A stretch of 62,557 nucleotides of DNA, filler included, from Sphingomonadaceae bacterium (GTDB lineage Bacteria; Chloroflexota; UBA6077): assembly GCA_050261575.1 (NCBI GenBank). It is 3 parts of 3 records of this genome, joined end to end, with 100 filler letters (N's around TTAATTAATTAA, not from the genome) between each part and the next. Parts side by side here need not be neighbours in the genome. Positions count along the whole stretch, not along the records: positions 1 to 24,106 come from JBLNDL010000038.1; 2 more parts are not named here. The stretch is one strand, 5' to 3'. Positions 9,606 to 19,017 of this stretch are shown here, piece by piece; the stretch's first letter is position 1, and each line of letters starts with the position of its first letter. The notes beneath the pieces are model-generated. The model was not told the DNA's origin. It was given only the letters and a program-made list of their open reading frames with translations, and searched no databases. Both the position numbers and the translations under genes were made by a program.

Positions 9606-11498
9606 CTATTGGATCGCTCCGGCAGGACGCTGCGGCGCGGCCTTGCCCCGCGCACCCTCCACAGTGGGAGCCGCGTGCCCGTCGGACGGGGTGGGCGCGA
9701 CTGGCTCTTCCACCTCTCGGAACTGCCGGCGGTAGAGGTCGGCGTAGAGGCCGCCCCGCTGCAGCAGCTCGTCGTGGGTGCCCCGCTCCACCACCCGCCC
9801 GTCGTCGATCACCAGCACCTGGTCGGCGTTGCGGATGGTGCTGAGCCGGTGGGCGATGACGAAGCTGGTGCGCTTCTCCAGCAACCTCTCCAGCGCCTGC
9901 TGGATCAACTGCTCGGTGCGGGTGTCCACGCTGCTGGTGGCCTCGTCCAGGATCAGGATGCGGGGATCCGCGAGGATGGCTCGAGCCAGGGCTATCAACT
10001 GCCGCTGCCCCTGGCTGAGGGAGCTGCCCCGCTCGCCGAGCGCGGTCTGGTAGCCCTCCGGCAGCCGCGAGATGAAGTCGTGGGCGTTGGCCAGACGGGC
10101 CGCCTGCTCCACCTCCTGGTCGGTCGCCTCCAGTCTGCCGTAGCGGATGTTGTCGGCCACGGTGCCCGAGAAGAGGAAGCTGTTCTGGGGCACGATACCC
10201 AACTGGCTCCGCAGGGAGTCGAGCCGGACCTCTCGCACGTCGTGGCCGTCGATGGTGACCCTGCCCCCGGTCACGTCGTAGAAGCGGGCGATCAGGTTGG
10301 CCACCGTGGTCTTGCCTGCCCCCGTCGGACCCACCAGGGCGATGGTCTGCCCCGGCTCCGCCACCAGATCCACCCGATGGAGGACCGGGTGGATGGGATC
10401 GTAGGCGAAATCCACCTGCTCGAACACCACCCGCCCCCGGATGGGCGGCAGGGGCCTGGCGTGGTCGCCGTCCACCATCTCTTCCTGAGTGTCCAGCAGG
10501 TCGAAGATCCGCTCGGCCCCGGCCATGGCCGACTGAGCCTGGGTGTAGATCTGGCTGACCTGCTGGATCGGCCAGAAGAACTGCTGGACGTAGCCGAGGA
10601 AGGCGACCACGAGGCCGACGGTGACCGCACCCTCGATGGCGAGGTATCCGCCGAAGGCCACGACGATGATGGTGGCCACGGTGCTCAGCAGGTCGATGGC
10701 GGGGGAGAAGGCGGACGTGATCGCCGTGGCCCCCACGTTGGCATCCCGGTTCGCGGCGTTGCGCCGCGCGAAGCGCGCCTGGTTCAGCCCCGTGCGGTTG
10801 AACGCCTGGGCCACCTTGATACCGGCGATATCTTCCTGGAGGTCCGCCGAGACGTCGCCGATGGTCTCCCGGGTCTTCCGGAAGGCCCGCCGGGCCATCC
10901 GAGCGAAGGCGTTGGTGGTGAGGAGCATCACGGGTATCACCGCCGATGCCGCCAGCGCCAGCGGCCAGTAGAGGGCGAACATGGCGATCAGGATCCCCAC
11001 CAAGGAGAGCAGCCCTGCGAGGGCCTGCACCAGCCCCATGCTGAGGAGGTTGTTGATGGTGTCTACATCGTTGACCAGGCGGGACATCAGGTCGCCGGCG
11101 TCGTGCTTGTCGAAGTAGCGCAGCGAGAGTCGCTGCAGCTTGGCGAAGATCTCGCTGCGCAGCCGGGCGAGGGTATGCTGTCCCACCCACCCCATCAGGT
11201 AGCCCTGGAGCATCCGCGCCCCCACCCCCGCGAGGTAGACGGCCAGCAGCAGCAGCATGTTGCCGGCCAGCCCCGCCGGGTCGCCCGCGGCGATGAACTG
11301 GTCGATGGCGCGACCTACCAGGAAGGGGCCGCCGGCCGCCGAGGCCGCCACCACCAGGGTGAGGCCGAGCACCAGAGCCAGCCGCACTCGGTGGGGCGCA
11401 AGATAGCCTAGCAGCCGCCTGGCGACCGCTCCGCTGTTCGCGGCCTGCTCCTCGGTCAGCGAGGCTTGTTGGTGGAAATGGCCTCGGTACATCGTCAC
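9606..11498 (-). CDS. Heterodimeric multidrug-type ABC exporter, TMD-NBD subunit with consensus catalytic residues
   Basis: 6-TM domain, GPTGAGKT, LSQGQRQ, ILDEATS, IAHRLST. Confidence 0.93.
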   Translation of the reverse strand: MTMYRGHFHQQASLTEEQAANSGAVARRLLGYLAPHRVRLALVLGLTLVVAASAAGGPFLVGRAIDQFIAAGDPAGLAGNMLLLLAVYLAGVGARMLQGYLMGWVGQHTLARLRSEIFAKLQRLSLRYFDKHDAGDLMSRLVNDVDTINNLLSMGLVQALAGLLSLVGILIAMFALYWPLALAASAVIPVMLLTTNAFARMARRAFRKTRETIGDVSADLQEDIAGIKVAQAFNRTGLNQARFARRNAANRDANVGATAITSAFSPAIDLLSTVATIIVVAFGGYLAIEGAVTVGLVVAFLGYVQQFFWPIQQVSQIYTQAQSAMAGAERIFDLLDTQEEMVDGDHARPLPPIRGRVVFEQVDFAYDPIHPVLHRVDLVAEPGQTIALVGPTGAGKTTVANLIARFYDVTGGRVTIDGHDVREVRLDSLRSQLGIVPQNSFLFSGTVADNIRYGRLEATDQEVEQAARLANAHDFISRLPEGYQTALGERGSSLSQGQRQLIALARAILADPRILILDEATSSVDTRTEQLIQQALERLLEKRTSFVIAHRLSTIRNADQVLVIDDGRVVERGTHDELLQRGGLYADLYRRQFREVEEPVAPTPSDGHAAPTVEGARGKAAPQRPAGAIQ

Positions 11499-11510
11499 CT
11501 CACTTTGCCA

Positions 11511-11550
11511 AGTGCTGAGGACTCAGCCCTCAGGATTCGGCACTCGGCAC
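11511..11550. repeat. Heptamer repeats (GTGCYGA/GTCCTGA type) overlapping the stop codon of the upstream ABC gene
   Basis: Minus strand GTGCCGA GTGCCGA ATCCTGA GGGCTGA GTCCTCA GCACT. Confidence 0.55.
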
Positions 11551-13281
11551 CAACGAATCGTCTCTGAGCTGCGACGCGACGATCTCGCCGTAGAGGGCGC
11601 TGGTGGCCAGCAGCTCCTCGTGGGTCCCCCGTCCCACCAGGCGTGACCCGTCCAGCAGCAGGATCTGATCAGCGTTGCGGACGGTGCTGATCCGCTGGGC
11701 GACGACGAAGCTGGTGCGCCCCACCATCAGGCCGTCCATCGCCCGCTGGATCTGATACTCGGTCTCGGCGTCCACGGAGGAGGTGCTGTCGTCCAGGATC
11801 AGCACCTTCGGGTCCAGCAGCAGGGCTCTGGCAATGGCGATGCGCTGCATCTGGCCGCCGCTCAGCCCCACGCCCCCCTCACCGATGCGGGTGTCGTAGC
11901 CCTGCGGCTGCTCCAGGATGAAGTCGTGGGCCTGGGCGATCCTGGCCACCCTCTCGATCTCCTCCTGCGTCGCCTCGGGCCGCCCGTAGGCGATGTTCTC
12001 CCGGATGGTGCCGCTGAACAGCACCGTCTCCTGCAGCACTATCCCGATCTGGGATCGCAGACTCTCCAGGGTCACCTCCCGCACGTCGTGGCCGTCGATG
12101 GTCACCCTACCGCTCCGGACGTCGTAGAAGCGGGGGATCAGGTTGATGATGGTGCTCTTGCCGGCGCCGGTCGTCCCGACGACGGCCACCGTCTGACCCG
12201 GCTCTGCCACGAAGCTCACGTGGCTCAGGGCGTCGTGCTCTGCCCCGACGTAGCGGAAGCTGACGTCCTCGAAAGTCACCCTGCCCTGTATGGGGGGCAG
12301 CGGGCGAGCATCGGGCCGGTCCTGCACCCCGTTCTCGGCGTCCAGCACCTCGAAGACCCGCTGGGCAGAGGCGGCCGCTCGGGTCACCGTGGCCATGATC
12401 ATTCCCAGCATGAAGATGGGGAACATCAGGAAGCCCAGGTAGCTGTTGAACGCCACCAACTCTCCCAGGGTGAGGGCACCCCCGATCACCTCGAGGCCGC
12501 CGTACCAGACGACCAGGAGCGTCCCGACGTTCCCGAAGAAGAAGATCACCGGAAAGGTGGTGACTGCCGCCCGGGTGACCCGGATGTTCTCGGCCAACAG
12601 GTCCGCGTTGGCCGCGCCGAACCTCTCGATCTCGTGGCTCTCCCTGGCGAATGCCTTCACCACCCGCACACCGGCGATGTTCTCCTGCATGATGGTGCTC
12701 AGTCCCGCCAGCTTCGCCTGGACCTTCATGAAGAGCGGCTGGACGTTGCGGACGAAGTGGCCGAACACCAGGAAGACGAAGGGGATGATGGATAGGGACA
12801 CCAGCGCGAGCCGCCAGTTGATGGCGAACAGCACCACCGAGCTGCCGGCCAGCATCACCAGGGCGCCAATGAGCTGGAGGAAGCCCTGGCCGATGAAGTG
12901 GCGGACCATCTCCACGTCGCTGGTGACCCGGGTCATGAGCTGCCCGGTCTGGGCCTGGTCGTGAAAGCTGAAGCTGAGTGCCTGCAGCTTGGCGTAGATC
13001 TCGTTCCGCAGGTCGTAGGCGACCCCCTGGGATGCCTTCTCGGAGAGGTAGCCCTGGAGGAAGGTGAAGACGCCCCGAATGATGGCCACCCCCAGCAGCC
13101 CCATGGCCGCCCATAGGATGCCGGACCACTGGCCGACGACGATGCCGCCGTCGATGGCCAGCCTGAGGAACTGGGGGGAGGCCAGGTTGGCCGCGGAGAC
13201 CAGCAGCAGGCTGAGGAAGGCGGCGGAGGCCGTCGTCCAGTATGGGACGAGGAAGCGCAGCGAGCGGCGCAGTGCTTTCAT
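11530..13281 (-). CDS. Heterodimeric ABC exporter, TMD-NBD subunit with degenerate site (TM287-like)
   Basis: GTTGAGKS, LSGGQ, Walker B ILDD (E->D), switch VAQR (H->Q); start set at MKALRR (13281). Confidence 0.93.
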   Translation of the reverse strand: MKALRRSLRFLVPYWTTASAAFLSLLLVSAANLASPQFLRLAIDGGIVVGQWSGILWAAMGLLGVAIIRGVFTFLQGYLSEKASQGVAYDLRNEIYAKLQALSFSFHDQAQTGQLMTRVTSDVEMVRHFIGQGFLQLIGALVMLAGSSVVLFAINWRLALVSLSIIPFVFLVFGHFVRNVQPLFMKVQAKLAGLSTIMQENIAGVRVVKAFARESHEIERFGAANADLLAENIRVTRAAVTTFPVIFFFGNVGTLLVVWYGGLEVIGGALTLGELVAFNSYLGFLMFPIFMLGMIMATVTRAAASAQRVFEVLDAENGVQDRPDARPLPPIQGRVTFEDVSFRYVGAEHDALSHVSFVAEPGQTVAVVGTTGAGKSTIINLIPRFYDVRSGRVTIDGHDVREVTLESLRSQIGIVLQETVLFSGTIRENIAYGRPEATQEEIERVARIAQAHDFILEQPQGYDTRIGEGGVGLSGGQMQRIAIARALLLDPKVLILDDSTSSVDAETEYQIQRAMDGLMVGRTSFVVAQRISTVRNADQILLLDGSRLVGRGTHEELLATSALYGEIVASQLRDDSLVPSAES

Positions 13282-13356
13282 AGCTTTCAGCCCTCGGCAA
13301 TCAGCAGCCAGCAACGAGCGATCGACGGCCAGCAGCCAACGATCGTCTGTCGGCAA

Positions 13357-13935
13357 TCAGCAATCGGCATCGGTCTTCGGGGCGCTGGCCCGCGACATAA
13401 CGTTTGCCCCATCCGGAGCCTCGGTCGCGTGCGCCTGCGCCTTGTCGGCACGTTCTCCATCCATCGGCTCGTAGCCGATGGCCGACGGCTGACGGCTGAT
13501 GGCTATCAGTCGACGGTGGACGGCCTTCCACAAACCGGCGAGAATCCCCTCCACGTGGGGCAGATCCTCTGGATCCACCTCCTGGAGCAGGCTGGCGGAG
13601 AGCCGCTGAATCTCCTCCGACAATTCTCGGGCCAGCATGTGGCCGGCGTCCGTGAGGAAGAAGAGGTTGGCGCGACCGTCGCTGGGGTGGGGCCTGCGTT
13701 GCAGGAGCCCCAATCGCTCCAGGGACTGGACGGTTCGAGTGACGTTGGCCGGCGTCGAGCCGGCCTGGGGGCACAGATCGATGGCCTGCAGACCCGGATG
13801 GTGGCTCAGGACGGTGAGGACGACGGCCTGGGTGCGGTTGAGCCCCCGATTGGCGAGTCGATGCTCCAGCAGGTGGTCGAGATGCTTGCCCAGCAGGACG
13901 ACTTGAATGGCGAGCGGCGGCCTCTCTCCCCGCAA
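13357..13935 (-). CDS. MarR family regulator with repeat-containing C-terminal extension
   Basis: GLNRTQ..VL, ANVTRTVQSLERLGLL.R.P.PSDGR..LFFLTDAG; upstream of the ABC pair; start uncertain. Confidence 0.88.
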   Translation of the reverse strand: MRGERPPLAIQVVLLGKHLDHLLEHRLANRGLNRTQAVVLTVLSHHPGLQAIDLCPQAGSTPANVTRTVQSLERLGLLQRRPHPSDGRANLFFLTDAGHMLARELSEEIQRLSASLLQEVDPEDLPHVEGILAGLWKAVHRRLIAISRQPSAIGYEPMDGERADKAQAHATEAPDGANVMSRASAPKTDADC

Positions 13936-13957
13936 GCGACTTCTCCCGACAGGTTAG

Positions 13958-14001
13958 TTACGTGCGCAAGTAAATATACGCGCCCCTGTCGCGGCCGTCA
14001 A
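13958..14001 (-). promoter_or_regulatory. Promoter and probable MarR operator
   Basis: TTGACG-17bp-TATATT (minus) followed by the palindrome TTACGTGCGCAAGTAA (13958-13973). Confidence 0.7.
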
Positions 14002-14090
14002 GGCCCGCCCAAGGTGGCCGCGGCGTTCTGCTCCAGCCGCTCCCCCCTCGGTGTACAATCCCCCTCACACCGTTTTCGTGAGGGTAGTCC

Positions 14091-16292
14091 ATGGACGAAA
14101 TCGTCGCTCGCACCGCCCGCGAGCTCTCTATCCCCGCCCAGCAGGTGGCCAGCGCCGCCGACCTGCTCGATGCCGGCAACACCATCCCCTTCATCGCCCG
14201 ATACCGCAAGGAGGCCACGGGCAGCCTGGACGAGGTCCAGCTCCAGGCGATCCAGGACCGCCTGGAGTACCTGCGCAACCTCGAGAAGCGCCGGGAGGAG
14301 GTGCTCCGGCTGATCGACGAGCAGGGGAAGCTCACCCCCGAGCTGGCCGATAGGATCCGCCGGGCCGAGGCGCTCCACGAGTTGGAGGATCTCTACCTCC
14401 CCTACCGGCCAAAACGGAAGACGAGGGCCAGCGTGGCCCGGGAGAAGGGGCTCGGGCCCCTGGCGGAGCTGATCCTCGCCCAGCCCGTGCTGGATGGGCC
14501 TCTGGAGGATCACGGCCGGCCCTTCCTCGACGAGGAGCTGGGGCTCGCCACCCTGGAGCAGGTGTATGCCGGCGCGCGCGACATCGTGGCCGAGGTGGTG
14601 GCGGAGGATGCGGCGGTGCGAGGAGCGATGCGCGACCTCTTCTTCCGGGAGGCACTCCTCACCTCCACCCTGGCGGACGCCAGCAAGGACCCAGGCCAGA
14701 AGTACACCCTCTACTACGATTTCTCGGAGCCGGCCGGGCGCGTGCCCCCCCACCGGGTGCTCGCCATCAATCGGGCGGAGCGGGAGGAGGTGGTGCGGGT
14801 GGCGGTGGACCTGCCCTTCGAGAAGGCTCGTCCGCTGCTCACCTCCTTCTATCCGGCCAAGGCGAACTCTGTCTTTGCCAAGCAGCTCGCCCTGGCCGTG
14901 GAGGACGGCTACAAGCGACTGCTATCCCTGTCGCTGGAGCGCGAGGTGCGCTCTACCCTCACGAAGAGGGCCGAGGCGCACGCCATCTCCCTCTTCGCCG
15001 CCAACCTCCGGAAGCTGCTGCTCCAACCCCCGTTGCGGGGCACGAAGGTGATGGGGATCGACCCCGGCTACCGCACCGGCTGCAAGGTGGCGGTGGTGGA
15101 CGCCACCGGCAAGTACCTGGAGGGGAGCACCATCTACCCCCACGAGCCGCAGAAGCGATGGAAGGAGGCGAAGGAGGCGATCCTCACCATGGCCCGCAGG
15201 CACGGGGTGAGCGCGATCGCCATCGGCAACGGCACCGCCTCGCGCGAGACGGAGGCGCTGGTGGCCGAGGCGATCGGCGAGAGCGAGCTGAACCTGGCCT
15301 ACACCATCGTCGACGAGGCGGGCGCGTCGGTCTACTCGGCCTCGGAGGTGGCGCGCCAGGAGTTCCCCGATCTGGAGGCCTCCCAGCGTGGGAACATCTC
15401 GATCGCTCGACGGCTGCAGGATCCGCTCGCGGAGCTGGTGAAGATCGACCCCAAGTCGGTGGGGGTGGGGCTCTACCAGCACGACGTCGATCAGCGTGAG
15501 CTGGCCCGGGAGCTGGATCGGGTGGTGATCTCCTGCGTCAACTTCGCCGGTGTGGACGTGAACACCGCCTCCGTCTCGCTGCTGCAGTACGTGTCCGGCA
15601 TCAACCGGAGGGTGGCGGAGAAGCTGGTGGCCTATCGCAACGAGCACGGCCCCTTCACCTCCCGCGACCAACTGACGAAGGTGCCCGGGCTGGGGCCCGC
15701 CACCTTCGTCCAGGCGGCGGGCTTCCTGAAGATCCGCGGCGGCGAGAACCCGCTGGACGACACCTTCATCCACCCAGAGAGCTACGGCGTGTGCGAGAAG
15801 CTGATGGACCGGCTGCCGCCTGCTAGGGAGGGAGAGAGGCTGCCTCAGCGTGTGGCCCGCTTCCGGAGGGAGGTGGAGGCCCGGAGGGTGGACCTGGAAG
15901 CCCTGGCCGCGGAGCTGGGGACCGGGGTCCCCACACTGAGGGACATTCTGGAGAACCTGGAGAAGCCGGGGCTGGACCCCCGGGACTCGCTGCCGAAGCC
16001 GATCCTGCGGACGGACGTGCTGAGGATGGAGGACCTGAAGGAGGGGATGCTGCTCCAGGGGACGGTGCGCAACGTGGTGGACTTCGGCGCCTTCGTGGAC
16101 ATCGGGGTGAAGCAGGACGGGCTGGTGCACGTGTCGGAGATGGCCGATCGCTTCGTGCGGAACCCGCTGGAGGTGGTGGGCGTGGGCGACGTGGTGACGG
16201 TGCGGGTGAAGGGGGTGGACCTGTCCCGCGGCCGGATCCAGCTCTCCATGAAGGGGATCGCCTCGGGACATGTGCAGCAACAGCAAAGCTGA
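14091..16292 (+). CDS. tex: Tex-family RNA-binding transcription accessory protein
   Basis: TIPFIARYRKEATG, EDLYLPY, GIDPGYRTGCK, DEAGASVYSAS, HhH repeats, C-terminal S1 domain. Confidence 0.97.
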   Translation: MDEIVARTARELSIPAQQVASAADLLDAGNTIPFIARYRKEATGSLDEVQLQAIQDRLEYLRNLEKRREEVLRLIDEQGKLTPELADRIRRAEALHELEDLYLPYRPKRKTRASVAREKGLGPLAELILAQPVLDGPLEDHGRPFLDEELGLATLEQVYAGARDIVAEVVAEDAAVRGAMRDLFFREALLTSTLADASKDPGQKYTLYYDFSEPAGRVPPHRVLAINRAEREEVVRVAVDLPFEKARPLLTSFYPAKANSVFAKQLALAVEDGYKRLLSLSLEREVRSTLTKRAEAHAISLFAANLRKLLLQPPLRGTKVMGIDPGYRTGCKVAVVDATGKYLEGSTIYPHEPQKRWKEAKEAILTMARRHGVSAIAIGNGTASRETEALVAEAIGESELNLAYTIVDEAGASVYSASEVARQEFPDLEASQRGNISIARRLQDPLAELVKIDPKSVGVGLYQHDVDQRELARELDRVVISCVNFAGVDVNTASVSLLQYVSGINRRVAEKLVAYRNEHGPFTSRDQLTKVPGLGPATFVQAAGFLKIRGGENPLDDTFIHPESYGVCEKLMDRLPPAREGERLPQRVARFRREVEARRVDLEALAAELGTGVPTLRDILENLEKPGLDPRDSLPKPILRTDVLRMEDLKEGMLLQGTVRNVVDFGAFVDIGVKQDGLVHVSEMADRFVRNPLEVVGVGDVVTVRVKGVDLSRGRIQLSMKGIASGHVQQQQS

Positions 16293-16501
16293 AGCATGCC
16301 TCACCACCCCCCGTGCCACGTTGCGGGACCCCTCAGTGGTAGGGGGTTACAATGGATTCCGCCGTGCCGGCGTGACGAGTCGTGGTTGTCCGGGTTGCCA
16401 GGCCTTGTGTGGAGACTCGAACGGACGGGTCCAGCCGGATCTGAACCCCCTTCGCCGTCTGCATACGGACGCGGGTTCGCCGTGCGGTGTGCCCCATCTG
16501 A

Positions 16502-17665
16502 TCACTGCATCGATTTCCGCAGTATCTCCGCCAGGGCCTCCCGGGTCACCCTCACCGGGTTCACCGGTATGTTGCCGCTCTTCATGGAGTCCTCCACTAG
16601 GGCAGGGATCGACTCCTCCGTCACCCCGAACGGCTTGAAGCTCTCGGGGATTCCGATGTCTCGGGATAGCTCCCTCACCGCCTGCACCGAGGCTCGGGCC
16701 GCCTCCACGGTCGTCATCCCGAAGGTGTCCACGCCCAGCGCCCTGGCCACGTCGGCGAATCGCTGGGGATTGCCGATCAGGTTGAACTCCATCACGTAGG
16801 GCAGCAGGATGGCGTTGGCCACCCCGTGGGGCACGCCGAAGTGGCCCCCCACCGGCTGGCTCATGGAGTGGACGATGGTGAGGCGGGTGTTGGAGAAGCC
16901 CATGCCGGCCATGGTGCTGGCCAGCACCATGTGGCTCATCGCCTCCAGGTTGGCGTTGGCCACGGCGGGCCTGATCCACTCAGCGATGAGTTCGATCGCC
17001 TTGATGTCCAGGGCGTCGCTGATGGGATTGGTGTTCAGGTTGGTGTAGGACTCGATGGCGTGGCACAGGGCGTCCATGCCTGTGGCCGCCACCACCGGGC
17101 CCGGCAGCCTGGTCAGCAGGCTTCCGTCGATCAGCGCGACCTTAGGGGTCAGGTAGGGGGAGAGGATCGGTATCTTGTAGTGGCGCGTCGTGTCGGTGAT
17201 CACCGCGGCGACGGTGACCTCCGAGCCGGTGCCGCAGGTGGTGGGGACCGCCACCATCGGGGGAATGGGGTTGGAGAGCTTGCCCATTCCCTCCATATCG
17301 CGGATGTCCAGTTGCGGATTCGCCATCACGGCCCCCGCGGCCTTGGCGGTGTCCATGGAGCTTCCACCGCCCACCCCCAGCAGACAGTCGCATCCCCCCG
17401 CCCTGTAGAGGGCCACCGCCTCCTCCACGCAGCGGATGCTCGGGTTGGGCTCCACCCCCGTGTACAGGGCGTGGGGCATGCCGGCGGCGGTGAGCCCCTC
17501 CAGTATGCCACCGAGGATCCCGGCCTCCTCGACCCCTCGATCGGTGACGATCAGCGCTTTGCTGCCTCCCAGCCTCCTCAGTTGCTCGCCGGCCTGCCGG
17601 CTGCACCCTGGACCAAAGATCAACCGTGTTGGGATCTCCCAGATGTAGTTGCGGCTCAGGTCCAT
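16502..17665 (-). CDS. Iron-containing alcohol dehydrogenase
   Basis: PTRLIFGPG, GGGSSMDTAK, PTTCGTGSE, DALCHAIES, HSMS..G..GVPHG; GAGGAG RBS. Confidence 0.93.
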   Translation of the reverse strand: MDLSRNYIWEIPTRLIFGPGCSRQAGEQLRRLGGSKALIVTDRGVEEAGILGGILEGLTAAGMPHALYTGVEPNPSIRCVEEAVALYRAGGCDCLLGVGGGSSMDTAKAAGAVMANPQLDIRDMEGMGKLSNPIPPMVAVPTTCGTGSEVTVAAVITDTTRHYKIPILSPYLTPKVALIDGSLLTRLPGPVVAATGMDALCHAIESYTNLNTNPISDALDIKAIELIAEWIRPAVANANLEAMSHMVLASTMAGMGFSNTRLTIVHSMSQPVGGHFGVPHGVANAILLPYVMEFNLIGNPQRFADVARALGVDTFGMTTVEAARASVQAVRELSRDIGIPESFKPFGVTEESIPALVEDSMKSGNIPVNPVRVTREALAEILRKSMQ

Positions 17666-17864
17666 CTCTCTACACTCCTCATGGGTTGCTGGGTAAGGTC
17701 TCGATGCTGGACTCACGGCGCTCCCAGCTTACTAGATGCGAGGCAGCGCCTCAAGCTATGTGGAAACAAGAAGCAGGGCAGGAGCTCATACCCTGCCGCA
17801 CATCGGTCGCCCGCGGCCGCGGGCGACCCAGCCCCCGCCCTACCTCTCGAGAGCAAGGTCCCTG

Positions 17865-18923
17865 CTACAGATCGAAGGGGACGCCGACGGTCGCCGCCAT
17901 CTTGGAGAGATCCTTCAGGACGGCGTCGCTCAGCGGCACGCCGTTCTTCCGGCGGTCCTGCTCGGTGAGGAACTCGGGCTCGCCGGCCACCATGATCTTG
18001 TCGAAGCCCTTGCCCAGCGGCTGGGCCTTCACCTCGCGGATCATCGCGTCCATGTTCGCCTTGAACTCTCGGACGGGCTGGAAGCGGTCGATCCGCATGG
18101 CGGTGAAGAAGTGTCCCACGCCCTGAGGCTTGTCCGGGTTGTTGTACAGCTCGCCAAGGTGGGGGCCGAAGACGCCGCCGGACAGGGTTGCCACCAGGAT
18201 CTCGATCGCCATGGCCAGGCCGAAGCCCTTGTGTCCGCCCAGTGGGAGCAGTGCCCCGCCCTCGTTGGCCTCCTTGGCGCTGGTGGTGGGCTCGCCGTCT
18301 GCGTTCATCGCCCACGTGGGCGGGATCGGCTCGCCCTTCTTGGCGGCGAGGATGATGGCGCCCCGAGCGACGACGCTGGTGGCCATATCCAGGACGAAGG
18401 GCTTCTCCTCGCCCGCTGGCACGGCGATGGCGAGCGGGTTGGTGCCGAAGAAGGGCCGCTTCCCGCCCCAAGGCGCCATCAGCGATGGCGAGTTGGTGAC
18501 GGCGAAGCCGATCATGTCGTGGTCCAGGGCCATCATCGCGTAGTAGGCCGCGGTGCCGAAGTGGGTGGAGTTGCGGACGGAGACCATCCCCACGCCCGAC
18601 TTCGCGGCCTTGGCGATGGCCAGACGCATCCCCGTGGTGCCCACCACCTGGCCGAGGCCGTCCTGGCCGTCCACCACGGCCGTGGTGTCGCTCTCGTTGA
18701 CCACCACGCCCCGGGCACCGCCGTTGGTGAGGCCGGCCTGCACCCGCTCCACGTAGATGGGCAACCGGGTGATGCCGTGAGTGTCTACCCCTCGCAGGTT
18801 GGCCGCCAGCAGGGAGCGGGCGACTATCTCCGCGTTCTCCTGTGGCACCCCGACCTTCTTCAAGACCTCTATGCTGAAGGACTCGAGCTTCGCGCTGTCG
18901 AAGCGGCGTCCAGTGTCTTCCAT
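17865..18923 (-). CDS. Ldh_2-family NAD(P)-dependent 2-hydroxyacid dehydrogenase (ComC/AllD-like)
   Basis: ANLRGVDTHG, NSTHFG, GTNPLA, LDMATS, GGHKGFGL. Confidence 0.92.
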   Translation of the reverse strand: MEDTGRRFDSAKLESFSIEVLKKVGVPQENAEIVARSLLAANLRGVDTHGITRLPIYVERVQAGLTNGGARGVVVNESDTTAVVDGQDGLGQVVGTTGMRLAIAKAAKSGVGMVSVRNSTHFGTAAYYAMMALDHDMIGFAVTNSPSLMAPWGGKRPFFGTNPLAIAVPAGEEKPFVLDMATSVVARGAIILAAKKGEPIPPTWAMNADGEPTTSAKEANEGGALLPLGGHKGFGLAMAIEILVATLSGGVFGPHLGELYNNPDKPQGVGHFFTAMRIDRFQPVREFKANMDAMIREVKAQPLGKGFDKIMVAGEPEFLTEQDRRKNGVPLSDAVLKDLSKMAATVGVPFDL

Positions 18924-18955
18924 GGGAACGGACCTCCAAGAGAAGTGGATTGTGG

Positions 18956-18995
18956 AGCTTCGAGGGGTCCAGCCTCCGCTGAACCCCTCGAAGCT
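18956..18995. repeat. Intercistronic long hairpin (REP-like)
   Basis: AGCTTCGAGGGGTCCAGC-CTCC-GCTGAACCCCTCGAAGCT, after the SBP gene. Confidence 0.55.
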
Positions 18996-19017
18996 TACCT
19001 CGACGAGATGCAGTGGT

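Noticed and set aside
11530..13281. Degenerate Walker B and switch residues as a novelty
   Set aside because: Standard for heterodimeric exporters of the TM287/288 type
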